NCBI GenBank assembly: GCA_963702005.1
Contig: OY969696.1
Location: 2,112,001 to 2,176,000 of the forward strand
Origin: Candidatus Aminicenantes bacterium
GTDB taxonomy: Bacteria; Acidobacteriota; Aminicenantia; Aminicenantales; JAFGBC01
DNA length: 64,000 nucleotides
Direction: 5' to 3'
The first letter of the stretch is position 1; the number at the start of each line of letters is the position of its first letter. A program made the position numbers and the translations under genes. Shown piece by piece: positions 19,105 through 29,630 of the stretch. Under the pieces are notes generated by a model that ran no database searches, was not told the DNA's origin, and was given only the letters and a program-made list of their open reading frames with translations.

Positions 19105-19663
19105 CCCGTTTCATGACGCCCTTGGAGTAGCAGGCGAACTCCTGGCCGGGTGCGGCCAGGTCGAAGGTCTGCTCGAACGAATTTTCGTCGAGGATGCGAT
19201 AGGTCAGGCGGGCCGAAAAACCGGGCGGGATGTTCTCGATGGCCTCAGAGACGAAGACGAAGGTTTTGCCGTCGGCGGCCGGGCCGTCGGAGACGTATTG
19301 ATTGACGAAGCCCTCGACATGGAATTGGCGGAAGACGTATTTCTTGCGGGCTGTATCGTAGCTGATGAGGCCGAAGTCTTCGTGGACTTCGCCCGCAGGA
19401 TTTTGTCCCTGCGGCTCGAACCTGGCCTCGTTGCGCACCTGGAGGTATTTGCCCCGGAGGATGAACCCCCAAGTCTGCTTCCCGTGCGAGACCCCTGGCT
19501 TGCCCTGGCCCGTCCCTTCCCAGCGTCCTTCAAAGAACCGGAAGGGCTTCCAGATGTCCTGGGCTTGGCTTTGGCTCGCGTCGGTTTGAGCGGCGGCGCC
19601 GGCAAAACTGACGAGCGATGAAAAGGCTATGAGTGCAATGACAATCGTTCTGGCTGTTCGCAT
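19097..19663 (-). CDS. secreted beta-barrel (nitrobindin/THAP4-like) hypothetical protein
   Basis: Signal peptide; FEGRWEGTG, HEDFG, FRQFHVEGFVNQY; GGAG RBS. Confidence 0.65.
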   Translation of the reverse strand: MRTARTIVIALIAFSSLVSFAGAAAQTDASQSQAQDIWKPFRFFEGRWEGTGQGKPGVSHGKQTWGFILRGKYLQVRNEARFEPQGQNPAGEVHEDFGLISYDTARKKYVFRQFHVEGFVNQYVSDGPAADGKTFVFVSEAIENIPPGFSARLTYRILDENSFEQTFDLAAPGQEFACYSKGVMKRVK

Positions 19664-19867
19664 TTCGACTCCTTCCATTGCGCCTATCTTATCATGGACG
19701 AGACGTTCCAGCATCGCCAATTATCAGTTGATTTTCGCCCGGGTTTGCTATAAAGCTAAGAGTAATGAACAGCCGGGGTTTATCCGCGACTTGTCGGCCC
19801 GGCGCAATCCCCCGAGCTTTCCTTGATTTATCGGGAGGCTCCTTTTGATCTCACGAGGAGGTCAGCC

Positions 19868-20818
19868 ATGAAACGAAGAGAATTCGTATCCAAAGGATTC
19901 GGCGCGGCGACGGCCGCCGCGGCGCTCGGTGTCGGCGGGTTCGCGGCAGGCCGGGCGCAGGAGGCTGCGGGCGTCCAGGCCCAGGCGCCGACAGCCGCGG
20001 CGAAGTCCATCTTCAAACTCCGCTACGCGCCGCCCTTCGGCATGTTCAAGGCCCACGCCGGCGACGACCCGATCGCCCAGATCCGGTTCGCCGCCGACGA
20101 GGGGTTCGGCGCCATGTTCGACAACGGCCTGATGGGCCGTCCCGCCGCCCAGCAGGAGTCCATCGTCAAGGAGCTCGAGCGGCGCGGCATGATCCTGGGC
20201 CCCTTCGTCCTTTACGCCGATTTCGGCGTCAGAAGCTTCGTGACCCGCGACTGGGACATCCGCGACATGCTCCTGGCCAAGATGCGTCAGGGCGTCGAAA
20301 CCATGAAGCGGACGGGCTGCAAATGGGCCCTGGTCGTTCCCGGCCACTTCGACGAGAGCCTGGCCTGGGAATACCAGACCGCCAATGTCGTCGACAACCT
20401 CCATTTCTGCATGGAGGTCTGCGAGGCCGCCGGCCTCATCCTCGTCCTCGAGCCGCTCAACCCCAAGGACCATCCCGGCCTGTTCCTGACCCGGATTCCG
20501 CAAGCCTATGCCATCACCAAGGCGGTCGGCAGCCCCTCCTGCAAGATCCTGGACGACTTGTATCATCAGCAGATCACGGAGGGGAATCTCATTCCCAACA
20601 TCGACGCGGCCTGGGACGAGATCGCGGCTTTCCACCTCGGCGACACTCCCGGCCGCAAGGAGCCGGGGACGGGCGAGATCAACTATCGAAATATCTTCAA
20701 GCACATTCACGCCAAGGGCTATCAGGGCGTCCTGTGCATGGAGCATGGGATGAGCCTGAAGGGCAAGGAAGGCGAGCGGGCCGTCATCGATGCTTACAAA
20801 ATTTGCGACGAGTTTTAA
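19868..20818 (+). CDS. Tat-exported hydroxypyruvate isomerase-like TIM barrel
   Basis: KRREF Tat motif; LEPLN, DLYHQQITEGN, DTPGRKEPGTGEINY. Confidence 0.9.
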   Translation: MKRREFVSKGFGAATAAAALGVGGFAAGRAQEAAGVQAQAPTAAAKSIFKLRYAPPFGMFKAHAGDDPIAQIRFAADEGFGAMFDNGLMGRPAAQQESIVKELERRGMILGPFVLYADFGVRSFVTRDWDIRDMLLAKMRQGVETMKRTGCKWALVVPGHFDESLAWEYQTANVVDNLHFCMEVCEAAGLILVLEPLNPKDHPGLFLTRIPQAYAITKAVGSPSCKILDDLYHQQITEGNLIPNIDAAWDEIAAFHLGDTPGRKEPGTGEINYRNIFKHIHAKGYQGVLCMEHGMSLKGKEGERAVIDAYKICDEF

Positions 20819-20842
20819 TTAAGTCGTGTGTCCCCGGAATTC
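20817..20842. repeat. single REP-like family A arm
   Basis: 25/26 identical to reverse complement of 15859-15884. Confidence 0.8.
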
Positions 20843-20853
20843 AGGAGGAATAA

Positions 20854-22131
20854 ATGAGTGAACGGGCGGACAAAAGCCATCTGACTAGACGAGATTTCAT
20901 CAAGGCTTCGGCGGCGGCCTCGATCGCGGCCGCCATCCCCGGAAGCCTCGGGCTCCACGCGGCGGGCTCGGACGCGATCAAGATCGGGATCATCGGCTGC
21001 GGCGGACGCGGCACGGGCGCCGCCATCGACGCCATGGACGCCGCGCCGGGGGTCGAAGTTGTGGCCCTCCACGACGCGTTCCAGGACCGCCTCGACGGAT
21101 CGCTCAAGCGCCTGCGGGAGAAGCATGCCGACAAGATCAAGGTCACGCCCGACCGCTGCTTCGTGGGTCTAGACGGTCATGAGCGGCTGTGCGCCCTTCC
21201 CGACGTCAACATGGTCGTCCTGGCCGCCCCGCCCGGCTTCCGGCCCATGCACCTCAAGGCCGCCGTCGAGGCCGGCAAAAACGTCTTCATGGAAAAGCCG
21301 GTCGCGGTGGACCCGGTCGGCATCCGCTCCGTCATCGCCTCATCGGACCTGGCGCTCCGCAAGGGTTTGGCCGTCGTGGCCGGGACGCAGCGGCGCCACC
21401 AGGCCAGCTACCTCGAACTCATGAAGCGGATCCACGCCGGCGAGATAGGGGAGCTCGTCGGCGGCCAGTGCTACTGGAACCAGGGCTTCCTGTGGGTCAA
21501 GGCGCGCGAAGCCGGCTGGTCCGACATGGAGTGGCAGTGCCGCAACTGGCTCTATTTCACCTGGCTGTCGGGGGATCACATCGTCGAACAGCACGTCCAC
21601 AACATCGATGTCATCAACTGGGCTTTCCGCGCCCTCCCGGTCCGCTGCTTCGCCATGGGCGGCCGCCAAGTCCGGACCGCACCCGAGTGCGGGAACATTT
21701 TCGACCATTTCGCGGTCGAGTTCGAATATCCCAACGGCGTCCGCATCCTGAGCATGTGCCGCCAGATCGACGGGACCTTCGAGCGGGTGGAGGAGAGGAT
21801 CGTCGGGACCAAGGGCGTCGGGTTCGGATTCGGCGAGATCCGGGGCGAGAAGCCCTGGAAGTTCGAGGGGGAAGAGCCCAATCCCTACGTCGTCGAGCAT
21901 GCCGACCTCATCGCGAGCGTCCGCGCCGGGACGCCGCTCAACGAAGGCCGCCGGATCGCGGAAAGCACGCTCTGCGCGATCATGGGCCGGATGAGCGCCT
22001 ACACGGGCCGGGCCATGAGCTGGGAATGGGTTCTGAATTCCTCCCAGCTCGACCTCATGCCGGCCAAGCTCGAGTTCGGGCCGCTCCCGGTCGCGCCGGT
22101 CGCCGTCCCCGGCCAAACCCCGTTGATTTAG
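20854..22131 (+). CDS. Tat-exported Gfo/Idh/MocA oxidoreductase
   Basis: TRRDFIK; IGCGGRG; EKP; EQHVHNID. Confidence 0.93.
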   Translation: MSERADKSHLTRRDFIKASAAASIAAAIPGSLGLHAAGSDAIKIGIIGCGGRGTGAAIDAMDAAPGVEVVALHDAFQDRLDGSLKRLREKHADKIKVTPDRCFVGLDGHERLCALPDVNMVVLAAPPGFRPMHLKAAVEAGKNVFMEKPVAVDPVGIRSVIASSDLALRKGLAVVAGTQRRHQASYLELMKRIHAGEIGELVGGQCYWNQGFLWVKAREAGWSDMEWQCRNWLYFTWLSGDHIVEQHVHNIDVINWAFRALPVRCFAMGGRQVRTAPECGNIFDHFAVEFEYPNGVRILSMCRQIDGTFERVEERIVGTKGVGFGFGEIRGEKPWKFEGEEPNPYVVEHADLIASVRAGTPLNEGRRIAESTLCAIMGRMSAYTGRAMSWEWVLNSSQLDLMPAKLEFGPLPVAPVAVPGQTPLI

Positions 22132-22133
22132 AG

Positions 22134-22166
22134 CGGGGTCAAACCTACACTTTGTCACAAAGTGTA
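22134..22166. repeat. REP-like family B unit (left of SDR gene)
   Basis: CGGGGTCAAACCTACACTTTGTCACAAAGTG is the exact reverse complement of 23111-23141. Confidence 0.88.
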
Positions 22167-22200
22167 AATTGCAGGCATGCTCCCGAAGAGGAGAGACGGG

Positions 22201-23076
22201 ATGATCGATCCGTATCTTGAGGGCCGAGTCGTTCTCATCACGGGCGCCAACAATCCGCGCGGGATCGGCGCGGCGACGGCGCGCGCCTTTGCGGCCCAGG
22301 GAGCTCAAATCTTCATCACGTCCTATCGCACTCCATTGGACGCGGCCGCCGCGGAGCTGGAAGAAGCCCGCGCAAGCGGAATCGGAGGACAGCGCTTCTA
22401 TGAGGCGATGCAGCAGCAGTCGCCCGAGATCGTCGTCGGCGAGATCGAGACTCAACACGGCCGGGCCGCCTGGTGGGAAGCGGACTTGTCCGATCCCGAT
22501 AACATCCCCCGTCTGTTCGACGCCTGCGAGGAAGGGCTTGGCCCCGTCGACATCCTCGTCAACAACCACGCCCATTGGCAGCCGGACACCTTCGATCCGG
22601 GGCTTATGACCGGCGAAGGCTACGGAGTCCGTCCCACGAACCGTTCGATTATTGACGCCCATTACGAGGTCAATGCGCGGGCCTGCGCCCTCCTGATGGC
22701 CGAGTATGTCAAGCGGTTCTTGGCGCGGGGCGCGACCCGGGGCCGGATCATCAATATCAGCACGGATGCGGCCCACGCGCACTTCGCGGCCGTCAGCTAC
22801 GCGGCCAGCAAGCACGCGATCGAATCCTACAGCCGTTCCGCGGCCTGTGAACTCGGCAAGTACGGTATCACGGTCAACATCGTCGCGCCCGGGCCGGTTC
22901 AGTCGGGCTGGCTCCGGCCCGACGAAGAAGCGGACATCGGCACCAAGACGCCGCTGGGCAGAGTCGGCCGGCCCGAGGATATCGCGGATGTCGTCGTCTT
23001 TCTGGCCTCCGAGCAGGCCCGCTGGCTGACCGGGCAGCTCATCTACGCGGGCGGCGGATGGAGGATGCATCAATAG
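22201..23076 (+). CDS. SDR family oxidoreductase
   Basis: TGANNPRGIG, NNHA, YAASK, PGP. Confidence 0.92.
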   Translation: MIDPYLEGRVVLITGANNPRGIGAATARAFAAQGAQIFITSYRTPLDAAAAELEEARASGIGGQRFYEAMQQQSPEIVVGEIETQHGRAAWWEADLSDPDNIPRLFDACEEGLGPVDILVNNHAHWQPDTFDPGLMTGEGYGVRPTNRSIIDAHYEVNARACALLMAEYVKRFLARGATRGRIINISTDAAHAHFAAVSYAASKHAIESYSRSAACELGKYGITVNIVAPGPVQSGWLRPDEEADIGTKTPLGRVGRPEDIADVVVFLASEQARWLTGQLIYAGGGWRMHQ

Positions 23077-23089
23077 AAATTATGAGAAA

Positions 23090-23141
23090 CGGGGTCAAAC
23101 CTACACTTTGCACTTTGTGACAAAGTGTAGGTTTGACCCCG
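23090..23141. repeat. REP-like family B palindrome (right of SDR gene)
   Basis: CGGGGTCAAACCTACACTTTG-N10-CAAAGTGTAGGTTTGACCCCG perfect 21-bp inverted repeat. Confidence 0.9.
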
Positions 23142-23169
23142 AGAAGTTGACCTTGAGAAGGAGATTAAG

Positions 23170-24474
23170 ATGCGAAGACGAGAGTTTCTGAAAACGATCC
23201 CGGCAGCGGCGGCGGGCGCGGCCGGCTTCCCGTCTATTGTCTCAGCTTCGGCCTTGGGCCTCGAAGGCCGCCCCCCGGCCTCGGACCGCATCGTCATGGC
23301 CGGAGTCGGGTTCGGCATGATGGGCCCCGGGAACATGGAGGCCCTCCTGAGCAAGGACGAAGTCCAGTGGGTCGCGGTCTGCGACCTGGATAAGAACCAT
23401 CTGGCCGAGGCCAAGGCCATGGCCGACACGAAGTACGGCAACAAGAGCTGCGCCGCCTACTCCAATTTCAGCGAGCTCCTCAACCGCCAAGACCTTGATG
23501 CCGTTTCTCTCGCCGTCCCCGACCACTGGCACGCCATCCTGGCTATCCAATCCGCCCGGTCCGGCTGGGACATCTACGGCGAGAAGCCGCTAACCCATAG
23601 CCTGCGCGAGGGCCGGGCCCTATGCGACGCCGTCAAGCGCTACGGCCGGGTCTGGCAGACCGGCTCCTGGCAGCGCTCGGTCGAGGACTTCCATCGCGCC
23701 TGCGAGCTCGTCCGCAACGGCAGGATCGGGAAGGTCCTCAAGATCGAGGTCGGGCTCCCCGAGGGCCACTACGACTTCGCCCGGACCTTCGGCCAGGAGG
23801 CGATCGTCCCGCCCCCGCCGGAGCTCGACTACGAGACCTGGGTCGGTCCCGCCCCCTACGTTCCCTACTGCAAGGCCCGCGTCCACATGAACTGGCGCTG
23901 GAACATGGATTTCGGCGGCGGCCAGCTCATGGACTGGATCGGCCATCACCTCGATATCGCCCACTGGGGGATGGGCTGGGACCTCGCCGGGCCGGTCGAG
24001 GTTTCGGGCACGGCCGAGTACGTTAAAAGCGGTATCTATAACAGTCCCGTTCGCTATAAGCTCGACGTCAAGTACGCGGACGGGACGCCCATGGTCATCG
24101 CCGGCGGCTATCCCGAGATCTGGATGGGCGCCAAGTGGATAGGCGAGCGGGGCTGGATCTGGGTCGACCGGAGCGGGTTCGTGACCGAGCCGGCGAGCCT
24201 CAAGAACGAGCGGATAGGCCCCAACGAAATCCGGCTCTACCGCAGCCGCGACCACTATCAGAATTTCCTCGACTGCGTCAGGACGCGGGCCCTGACCATT
24301 GCTCCCTGCGAGGTCGCCCACCACTCGGCGAGCGTCGGCCACCTGGGCGTCATCGCCATAGAGACGGGACGCAAGATCCGTTGGGACCCGGCGACCGAGA
24401 CCATCATCGGAGACCCGGACGCCGAAAGGCTTCTGAGCCGGGCTTATCGGAAACCTTGGCAGCTTCCTGGATAG
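23170..24474 (+). CDS. Tat-exported Gfo/Idh/MocA oxidoreductase
   Basis: RRREFLK; PDHWH; EKPL; DWIGHHLD. Confidence 0.93.
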   Translation: MRRREFLKTIPAAAAGAAGFPSIVSASALGLEGRPPASDRIVMAGVGFGMMGPGNMEALLSKDEVQWVAVCDLDKNHLAEAKAMADTKYGNKSCAAYSNFSELLNRQDLDAVSLAVPDHWHAILAIQSARSGWDIYGEKPLTHSLREGRALCDAVKRYGRVWQTGSWQRSVEDFHRACELVRNGRIGKVLKIEVGLPEGHYDFARTFGQEAIVPPPPELDYETWVGPAPYVPYCKARVHMNWRWNMDFGGGQLMDWIGHHLDIAHWGMGWDLAGPVEVSGTAEYVKSGIYNSPVRYKLDVKYADGTPMVIAGGYPEIWMGAKWIGERGWIWVDRSGFVTEPASLKNERIGPNEIRLYRSRDHYQNFLDCVRTRALTIAPCEVAHHSASVGHLGVIAIETGRKIRWDPATETIIGDPDAERLLSRAYRKPWQLPG

Positions 24475-24504
24475 GAAGAGGCACTTGAAAGATTGGAAAG
24501 GACA

Positions 24505-26532
24505 ATGACCATGTCCCACTCAAAGATGAACAAGCTCGGATTCGGCCCTCTGCGGACGGCGGCCGTTCTTGCCGGATTCTTGATTCTTATCGCGGCCCCG
24601 CCGTCAAGAGCCTCGGTTCCGACGATCGGAGCCCAAGAGACGGTCAATCCATCGTCGCCCTCCCTCGAATCCCTCCTCAAGGATCTCGCGGTCTTCCAGA
24701 ACGGCGGGACCGAGGAAGTCCTCCACGCCTTCAGGGCCTACGTCAGGGCTCATCGCGACGGCGCGGTCGAGCGCGAATCCCTCGAAACGAAGCTCGACGC
24801 CTTTCTCGCGGGCGAGGCCGCGCCGGCCGGTAAGATGGCCGTCTGCCGCGAGCTCAGGTATATCGGAACGGATCGATCCGTTCCGATCTTGGCGGGGCTT
24901 CTCAGCGCGGCCGACACGACCGACGCCGCGCGTTATGCCCTGGAAAAAATCCCCGGCCCCGCCGCGGACACGGCTTTGATCGAAGCCCTGGGCCGAACCT
25001 CGGGTCCGGTCAAGCTCGGCATCATCCAAAGCTTGGGCGGCAGGAAGTTGCTGGGCGCCGTGCCGGTACTGGCCCAGCTCGTCCTGATGGGGGACGAGGC
25101 GACGGCGGGCGCGGCCGCAGTGGCCCTCGGTGCGGTCGGCGGGCCCGATGCATCAAAGGTCTTGGCCAATTTGCTGGGCGTCGCGTCCGGCGAGGTGAAG
25201 TCGCGCGTCGCCTCGGCTCTGCTCCTCTGCGGTGAGGAAGCCCTCAAAAAGAAAGACATCATATCCGCCGCCGCGGTATTTGATAAGGTTTTTAGTTCCA
25301 AGCTTTCTGAACCCATTCACCAGGCGGCTTTCAAAGGGAAGGTCCGCGCGTCGGGAAATCACGCCGAAGAGATTGTCCTGGCTGCCCTGGGCGGCCGCGC
25401 CATCGGGCTGCGCGAAGCCGCCCTCGACCTGATTTCGGAAGTCTTCGGGCCGGGCTCGATCGGCCGCGCGACGGCGCTCTTCCCCAATCTCCTCCCGCCC
25501 GAGAAGGTCCGTTTTCTCTCCATCCTGGCAGGCTATCCTAAAGACTCCGCTTTGCCGGTTATCAAGGCAGCTGCGGATAACCCGGACGTTGCCGTCCGCG
25601 TCGAAGCCTTGAGAGTCCTCGAGAAAATCGGTGACGGCTCGGCCGTCGGACTCCTCGCCGAGCGGGCGGCCCGCGCGCGCGGAGATGAGCAGCTCGCGGC
25701 CCGGACGAGCTTGTGGGGAATGAAAGGATTCGATATCGACAAGGCCGTTCTCGGCTTGCTGGCGGCCGCCACGGACGAGGCCGTCAAGGCCGAGGCCGTC
25801 CGCGCCGTCGGCGAGCGTTCGATCGGCGCCGGGAAAGACGCCCTGACCGGGCTCGTCCGCTCCGGCCCCGCCGCCCTTCGTCTCGAAGCCGTCCGCGGCC
25901 TCAAAGGCCTGTCCGGGCCCGAGGACCTTTCCGCCCTCCTCGTCCTTCTCCTCAGGCTAGAGGACGAGACCGAGCAGGAAGAGATGCGGAACCTCATCGC
26001 GGGCGTCGCGCTGACCGGCGTCCGGACGAACGCCCGGGCCGACGCCGTCAAATCTTTGCTCGCGGTCACGACCGACGTCAAGGGCCGCGCTTCTCTTCTT
26101 CGGGTGCTGGGGAAGATCGGAGACGACAGCGGCCTTCCCTTGATTAGAAAAGCGCTGGCCGAGGGGAATCCGGACCTGACGGACGCGGCCGTGCGATCGC
26201 TTTGCGACTGGCCGACGGCAACGGCCAAGGATGATGTCGCGGCCTTAGCCCGGATATCGGCGAATCCCGTCCACAGAGTTCTGGCCCTTCAGGCCTTCAT
26301 CCGAATGGTCGAACTCGAGCCTTACCGGAATCCGGCCGCGGCCGCGGCCGACCTCGAATCCGCGCTCAAGCTCGCTTCGCGGCCCGAGGAGAAGAAGCTC
26401 GTCCTGGGCGTTCTCCCCCGATTCGCCTGTCCGGAAGCCCTGGCTCTCGCCCAGTCCCTCGTCGGCGATCCCGACGTCAAGGCCGAGGCCGAGATCGCGA
26501 TCGCCGGGATCAAAGAGAGGCTCGGCGGCTGA
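24505..26532 (+). CDS. secreted HEAT-repeat protein
   Basis: Signal-like N-terminus; repeated VRxxAxxALGxIG helices; start uncertain. Confidence 0.85.
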   Translation: MTMSHSKMNKLGFGPLRTAAVLAGFLILIAAPPSRASVPTIGAQETVNPSSPSLESLLKDLAVFQNGGTEEVLHAFRAYVRAHRDGAVERESLETKLDAFLAGEAAPAGKMAVCRELRYIGTDRSVPILAGLLSAADTTDAARYALEKIPGPAADTALIEALGRTSGPVKLGIIQSLGGRKLLGAVPVLAQLVLMGDEATAGAAAVALGAVGGPDASKVLANLLGVASGEVKSRVASALLLCGEEALKKKDIISAAAVFDKVFSSKLSEPIHQAAFKGKVRASGNHAEEIVLAALGGRAIGLREAALDLISEVFGPGSIGRATALFPNLLPPEKVRFLSILAGYPKDSALPVIKAAADNPDVAVRVEALRVLEKIGDGSAVGLLAERAARARGDEQLAARTSLWGMKGFDIDKAVLGLLAAATDEAVKAEAVRAVGERSIGAGKDALTGLVRSGPAALRLEAVRGLKGLSGPEDLSALLVLLLRLEDETEQEEMRNLIAGVALTGVRTNARADAVKSLLAVTTDVKGRASLLRVLGKIGDDSGLPLIRKALAEGNPDLTDAAVRSLCDWPTATAKDDVAALARISANPVHRVLALQAFIRMVELEPYRNPAAAAADLESALKLASRPEEKKLVLGVLPRFACPEALALAQSLVGDPDVKAEAEIAIAGIKERLGG

Positions 26533-26543
26533 TCCCCGGCCGG

Positions 26544-27680
26544 CTATTTTTTGCCGTCCAGGTAAAAGTCCGCTACTTTAAGGGCCAGCGCCCGGGCGTC
26601 GAGGTCGGCCCGGTTGCAGAGGATGATCACGGTGAGCCCGTCGTCGACGAAACGTTGGATCGCCGTCCGGAATCCGACGGTCTCGCCGTAGTGCCAAACC
26701 CGGGCGTGGCCTTTCCAGGCGTTCAGGAACCAGCCGAAACCGTATTCCGCCGTCGTCCCGTCGGGCTCGGTCGGCGGCCCTTCCGGAACGCGAACGGGAG
26801 TCCAAGCGGCCCGCAGCTCCGACTCGCTCAGGAGGGTCCGCCGGCGCAGCGCTTCATCCCATTTCATGAGGTCCGAGAGCGAGGAGTAGACGCCTCCGTC
26901 CCCCAAGGTTGCCGAGGTCGGGCTCTGGTCCGTTTCGCTCCAGCGGCCGCCGTCCTTGGCATGGCCGTAGGCGCGGTCCGCCACCTCATTCCGGCCGCGT
27001 ACGTAGGCCACCGTGCCCGTCATCTTGAGCGGGACGAAAATGCGGTCGCGGAGAAAATCGGCGAACGTCCGGCCCGAGGCTTTCTCGACGATGAGGCCCA
27101 GCAGGACGTAGCCCGAGTTGCTGTAGGCCCATCTCGCGCCCGGCGCGAACTTGCCGGAATTTTGCCGTTTCAGGAGATCCAGAACCTCGGCGTCCTTGAT
27201 CTGGATTTGCTCCACGGGAAGGGAAGGGTCGGCGGCGGCCATCAGGTCTTCGTAATCGGGGAGGCCCAAGGTGTGGTTGAGGAGCTGACGCACGGTAATG
27301 GGGCGGCCGTATTCGGGGAAGTCGGGGAAGATATCGGTCAGGCTGTCTTCAAGCCGGAGTTTCCCGTCGCGCACCAGCAGTAGGACGGCCGCGGCGGTGA
27401 ACGCCTTCGTACACGAGGCCAGGCGGAAGTTCGTCCGGCCATCGATCCGGCGCATCGTCCGCAGGTCCGCGACTCCAAACCCTCGCTCGATGACGGAGCG
27501 GCCGTCCTTCACGACCAGGACCGCCGCCCCGGGCTCTTGATCTGAGATCAAGCCCGCCAGCAGGGCGTCGACTTGCCTCGACGACCGGTTTGATCCGGCC
27601 GGCCGGCATGCGACAACGAGCGGAAAGATCAGACTCAAGATCGTCAATGTTTTAAGCGCCTGTCCCAGCGGGATGTCCAT
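26544..27680 (-). CDS. serine hydrolase, beta-lactamase class C-like lipoprotein
   Basis: ASCTK, YSN, HYG motifs; lipobox VVAC. Confidence 0.9.
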   Translation of the reverse strand: MDIPLGQALKTLTILSLIFPLVVACRPAGSNRSSRQVDALLAGLISDQEPGAAVLVVKDGRSVIERGFGVADLRTMRRIDGRTNFRLASCTKAFTAAAVLLLVRDGKLRLEDSLTDIFPDFPEYGRPITVRQLLNHTLGLPDYEDLMAAADPSLPVEQIQIKDAEVLDLLKRQNSGKFAPGARWAYSNSGYVLLGLIVEKASGRTFADFLRDRIFVPLKMTGTVAYVRGRNEVADRAYGHAKDGGRWSETDQSPTSATLGDGGVYSSLSDLMKWDEALRRRTLLSESELRAAWTPVRVPEGPPTEPDGTTAEYGFGWFLNAWKGHARVWHYGETVGFRTAIQRFVDDGLTVIILCNRADLDARALALKVADFYLDGKK

Positions 27681-27738
27681 TGAGAGGAGATCGTAATTCA
27701 ACTGATGGGGAAATATCAAGGGCCGCCGCTTTTTTGGG

Positions 27739-27771
27739 GTGTTGACGTTAACGCATCGCCGGCGGTATACT
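27739..27771 (+). promoter_or_regulatory. symporter promoter with LacI-type operator-like palindrome
   Basis: TTGACG(27742)-18-TATACT; GTGTTGAC/GTTAACGC near-palindrome centred on CG overlapping -35. Confidence 0.5.
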
Positions 27772-27815
27772 TCGGGCCATGGCGGCAAATCCCATCTCAC
27801 GCGGAAAGGAATGAC

Positions 27816-29625
27816 ATGGGCTTACAAGGACTGGATTGGATCACGCTGAGCTTGTATTTCGCTTTGATCATCGGCGTCGCCTGGTGGGTCATCCGTAAAA
27901 GAAAAGACACCGCCGCCGATTATTTCCTGGCCGGCCGCAACCTCAGCTGGTGGATTATCGGGGCCTCGATCTTCGCCTCGAACATCGGCTCGGAGCACAT
28001 CGTGGGCCTGGCCGGGACCGGGGCGACGGACGGCGTCGCGATGGCTCACTACGAGCTCCACGCCTGGTGCCTGCTGGTGCTGGCCTGGGTCTTCGTCCCC
28101 TTCTACGCACGTTCGCTGGTGTTCACCATGCCGGAATTCCTGGAGCGGCGTTTTTCCAGCCACTCGAGATACGTCCTGTCCGTCGTGTCGCTGATCACCT
28201 TCATCGTCACCAAGATCGCGGTCGGGATATTCGCCGGCGGGGTCGTGTTCGCGACGCTGCTGCCTGAGCTTCACTTGCGCCTGGGCGGAGTGCAGGTCAA
28301 CAGCTTCTGGATCGGGTCGGTGCTGGTGATCGTGCTGACCGGCTTGTACACCATGCTGGGAGGCATGCGCGCGGTCGCCTACAACGACGCGGTCCAGGTC
28401 TTCATCCTCATCCTGGGCTCGGCGACGTTGACCATCTACGGATTGGTGAAGCTGGGCGGCTGGGAGCAGCTGCGCGCGCTGTGCGGCTCGGATATGTTCA
28501 ACCTCTGGAAGCCTCTCATCCCTCATGGGGTGCAGGCGAGCTGGGCTCCGGTCATGGTCAAGAATGCCGCGGGCCAGGTCGTCAAGCAGGCCTGGTATTT
28601 CAACGGGTATTATCCGTGGCTGGGGATGCTGTTTTGCGCGCCGATCATCGGGTTGTGGTATTGGTGCACCGATCAGTATATCGTCCAGAGAGCGCTGGGA
28701 GCTCCCAACGAGCGGACCGCCCGCCGCGGCAGCATCTTCGCCGGGATTCTGAAGCTCCTGCCCGTCTACCTGTTCATCGTGCCGGGCCTGATCGCCTACG
28801 CGCTGGCCAAGAGCGGCAAGGTGCCCGGGACTGGAGGTCATGGTCTCACCGGACGGCAGTCCGATACCCCATCAGGCCCAGGCGGCCTTCCCGTTGATGG
28901 TTAAATACATGCTGCCGACCGGATTGCGGGGTTTGGTGGTCGCCGGATTGCTGTCCGCTTTGATGGGGTCGCTGGCCGGAGTCTTCAACGCCTGTTCGAC
29001 GTTGTTCACGGTGGATCTCTATGGGAAGTGGCGGCCCCACGCCTCGCAGCATCAGATCGTGCGCATCGGCCGCATCGCCACCGGCGTCATGGTCTTTATT
29101 GCCCTGATGTGGATTCCCGTCATCCAGGGGGCGCGCGGGCTGTACAACTACCTTCAGTCTGTGCAGGGCTACCTGGCGCCGCCCATCTTCGTCGTCTTTT
29201 TCTTCGGCGTCTTCTGGAAGCGCCTCAACGCCAAAGGCTGCCTGTGGGCCCTGATCGTGGGCTTCTCCCTCGGCCTCTTCCGCATGTTCGTGGACACCCC
29301 GGTCGCGCTGGGCTTGTTCGGGTACGCCGATGCGGCGCGGACGGTCGCGAACGGCTACGCCTCGGGATCGTTCCTGTGGATCGTCAACAACATCTATTTT
29401 CAATACTTCAGCGTGCTCATCACGGTTGTCTCGATCCTGGTCATGATCGTGGTCAGCTACCTGACGAGCGAGCCGGAGTACGAAAAGATCAAGAGCCTGA
29501 CCTTCGGCACCTCCACCGATGAAGATCGCCGGTGCACCCGTCTGAGCTGGGATTGGCACGACTTGCTGGGGTCCGCCATCGTCCTGGCGTTCATTCTCGG
29601 CGCTTACTTGTACTTCAGGGGATAA
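27816..29625 (+). pseudogene. sodium:solute symporter (SGLT-like) split by +1 frameshift near 28827
   Basis: YFLAGR, ASNIGSEH, WCTDQYIVQR in first frame; LRGLVVAGLLSALM in second; removing one base from GTGCCCGGGACTG joins them. Confidence 0.85.
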
Positions 29626-29630
29626 GCCGA

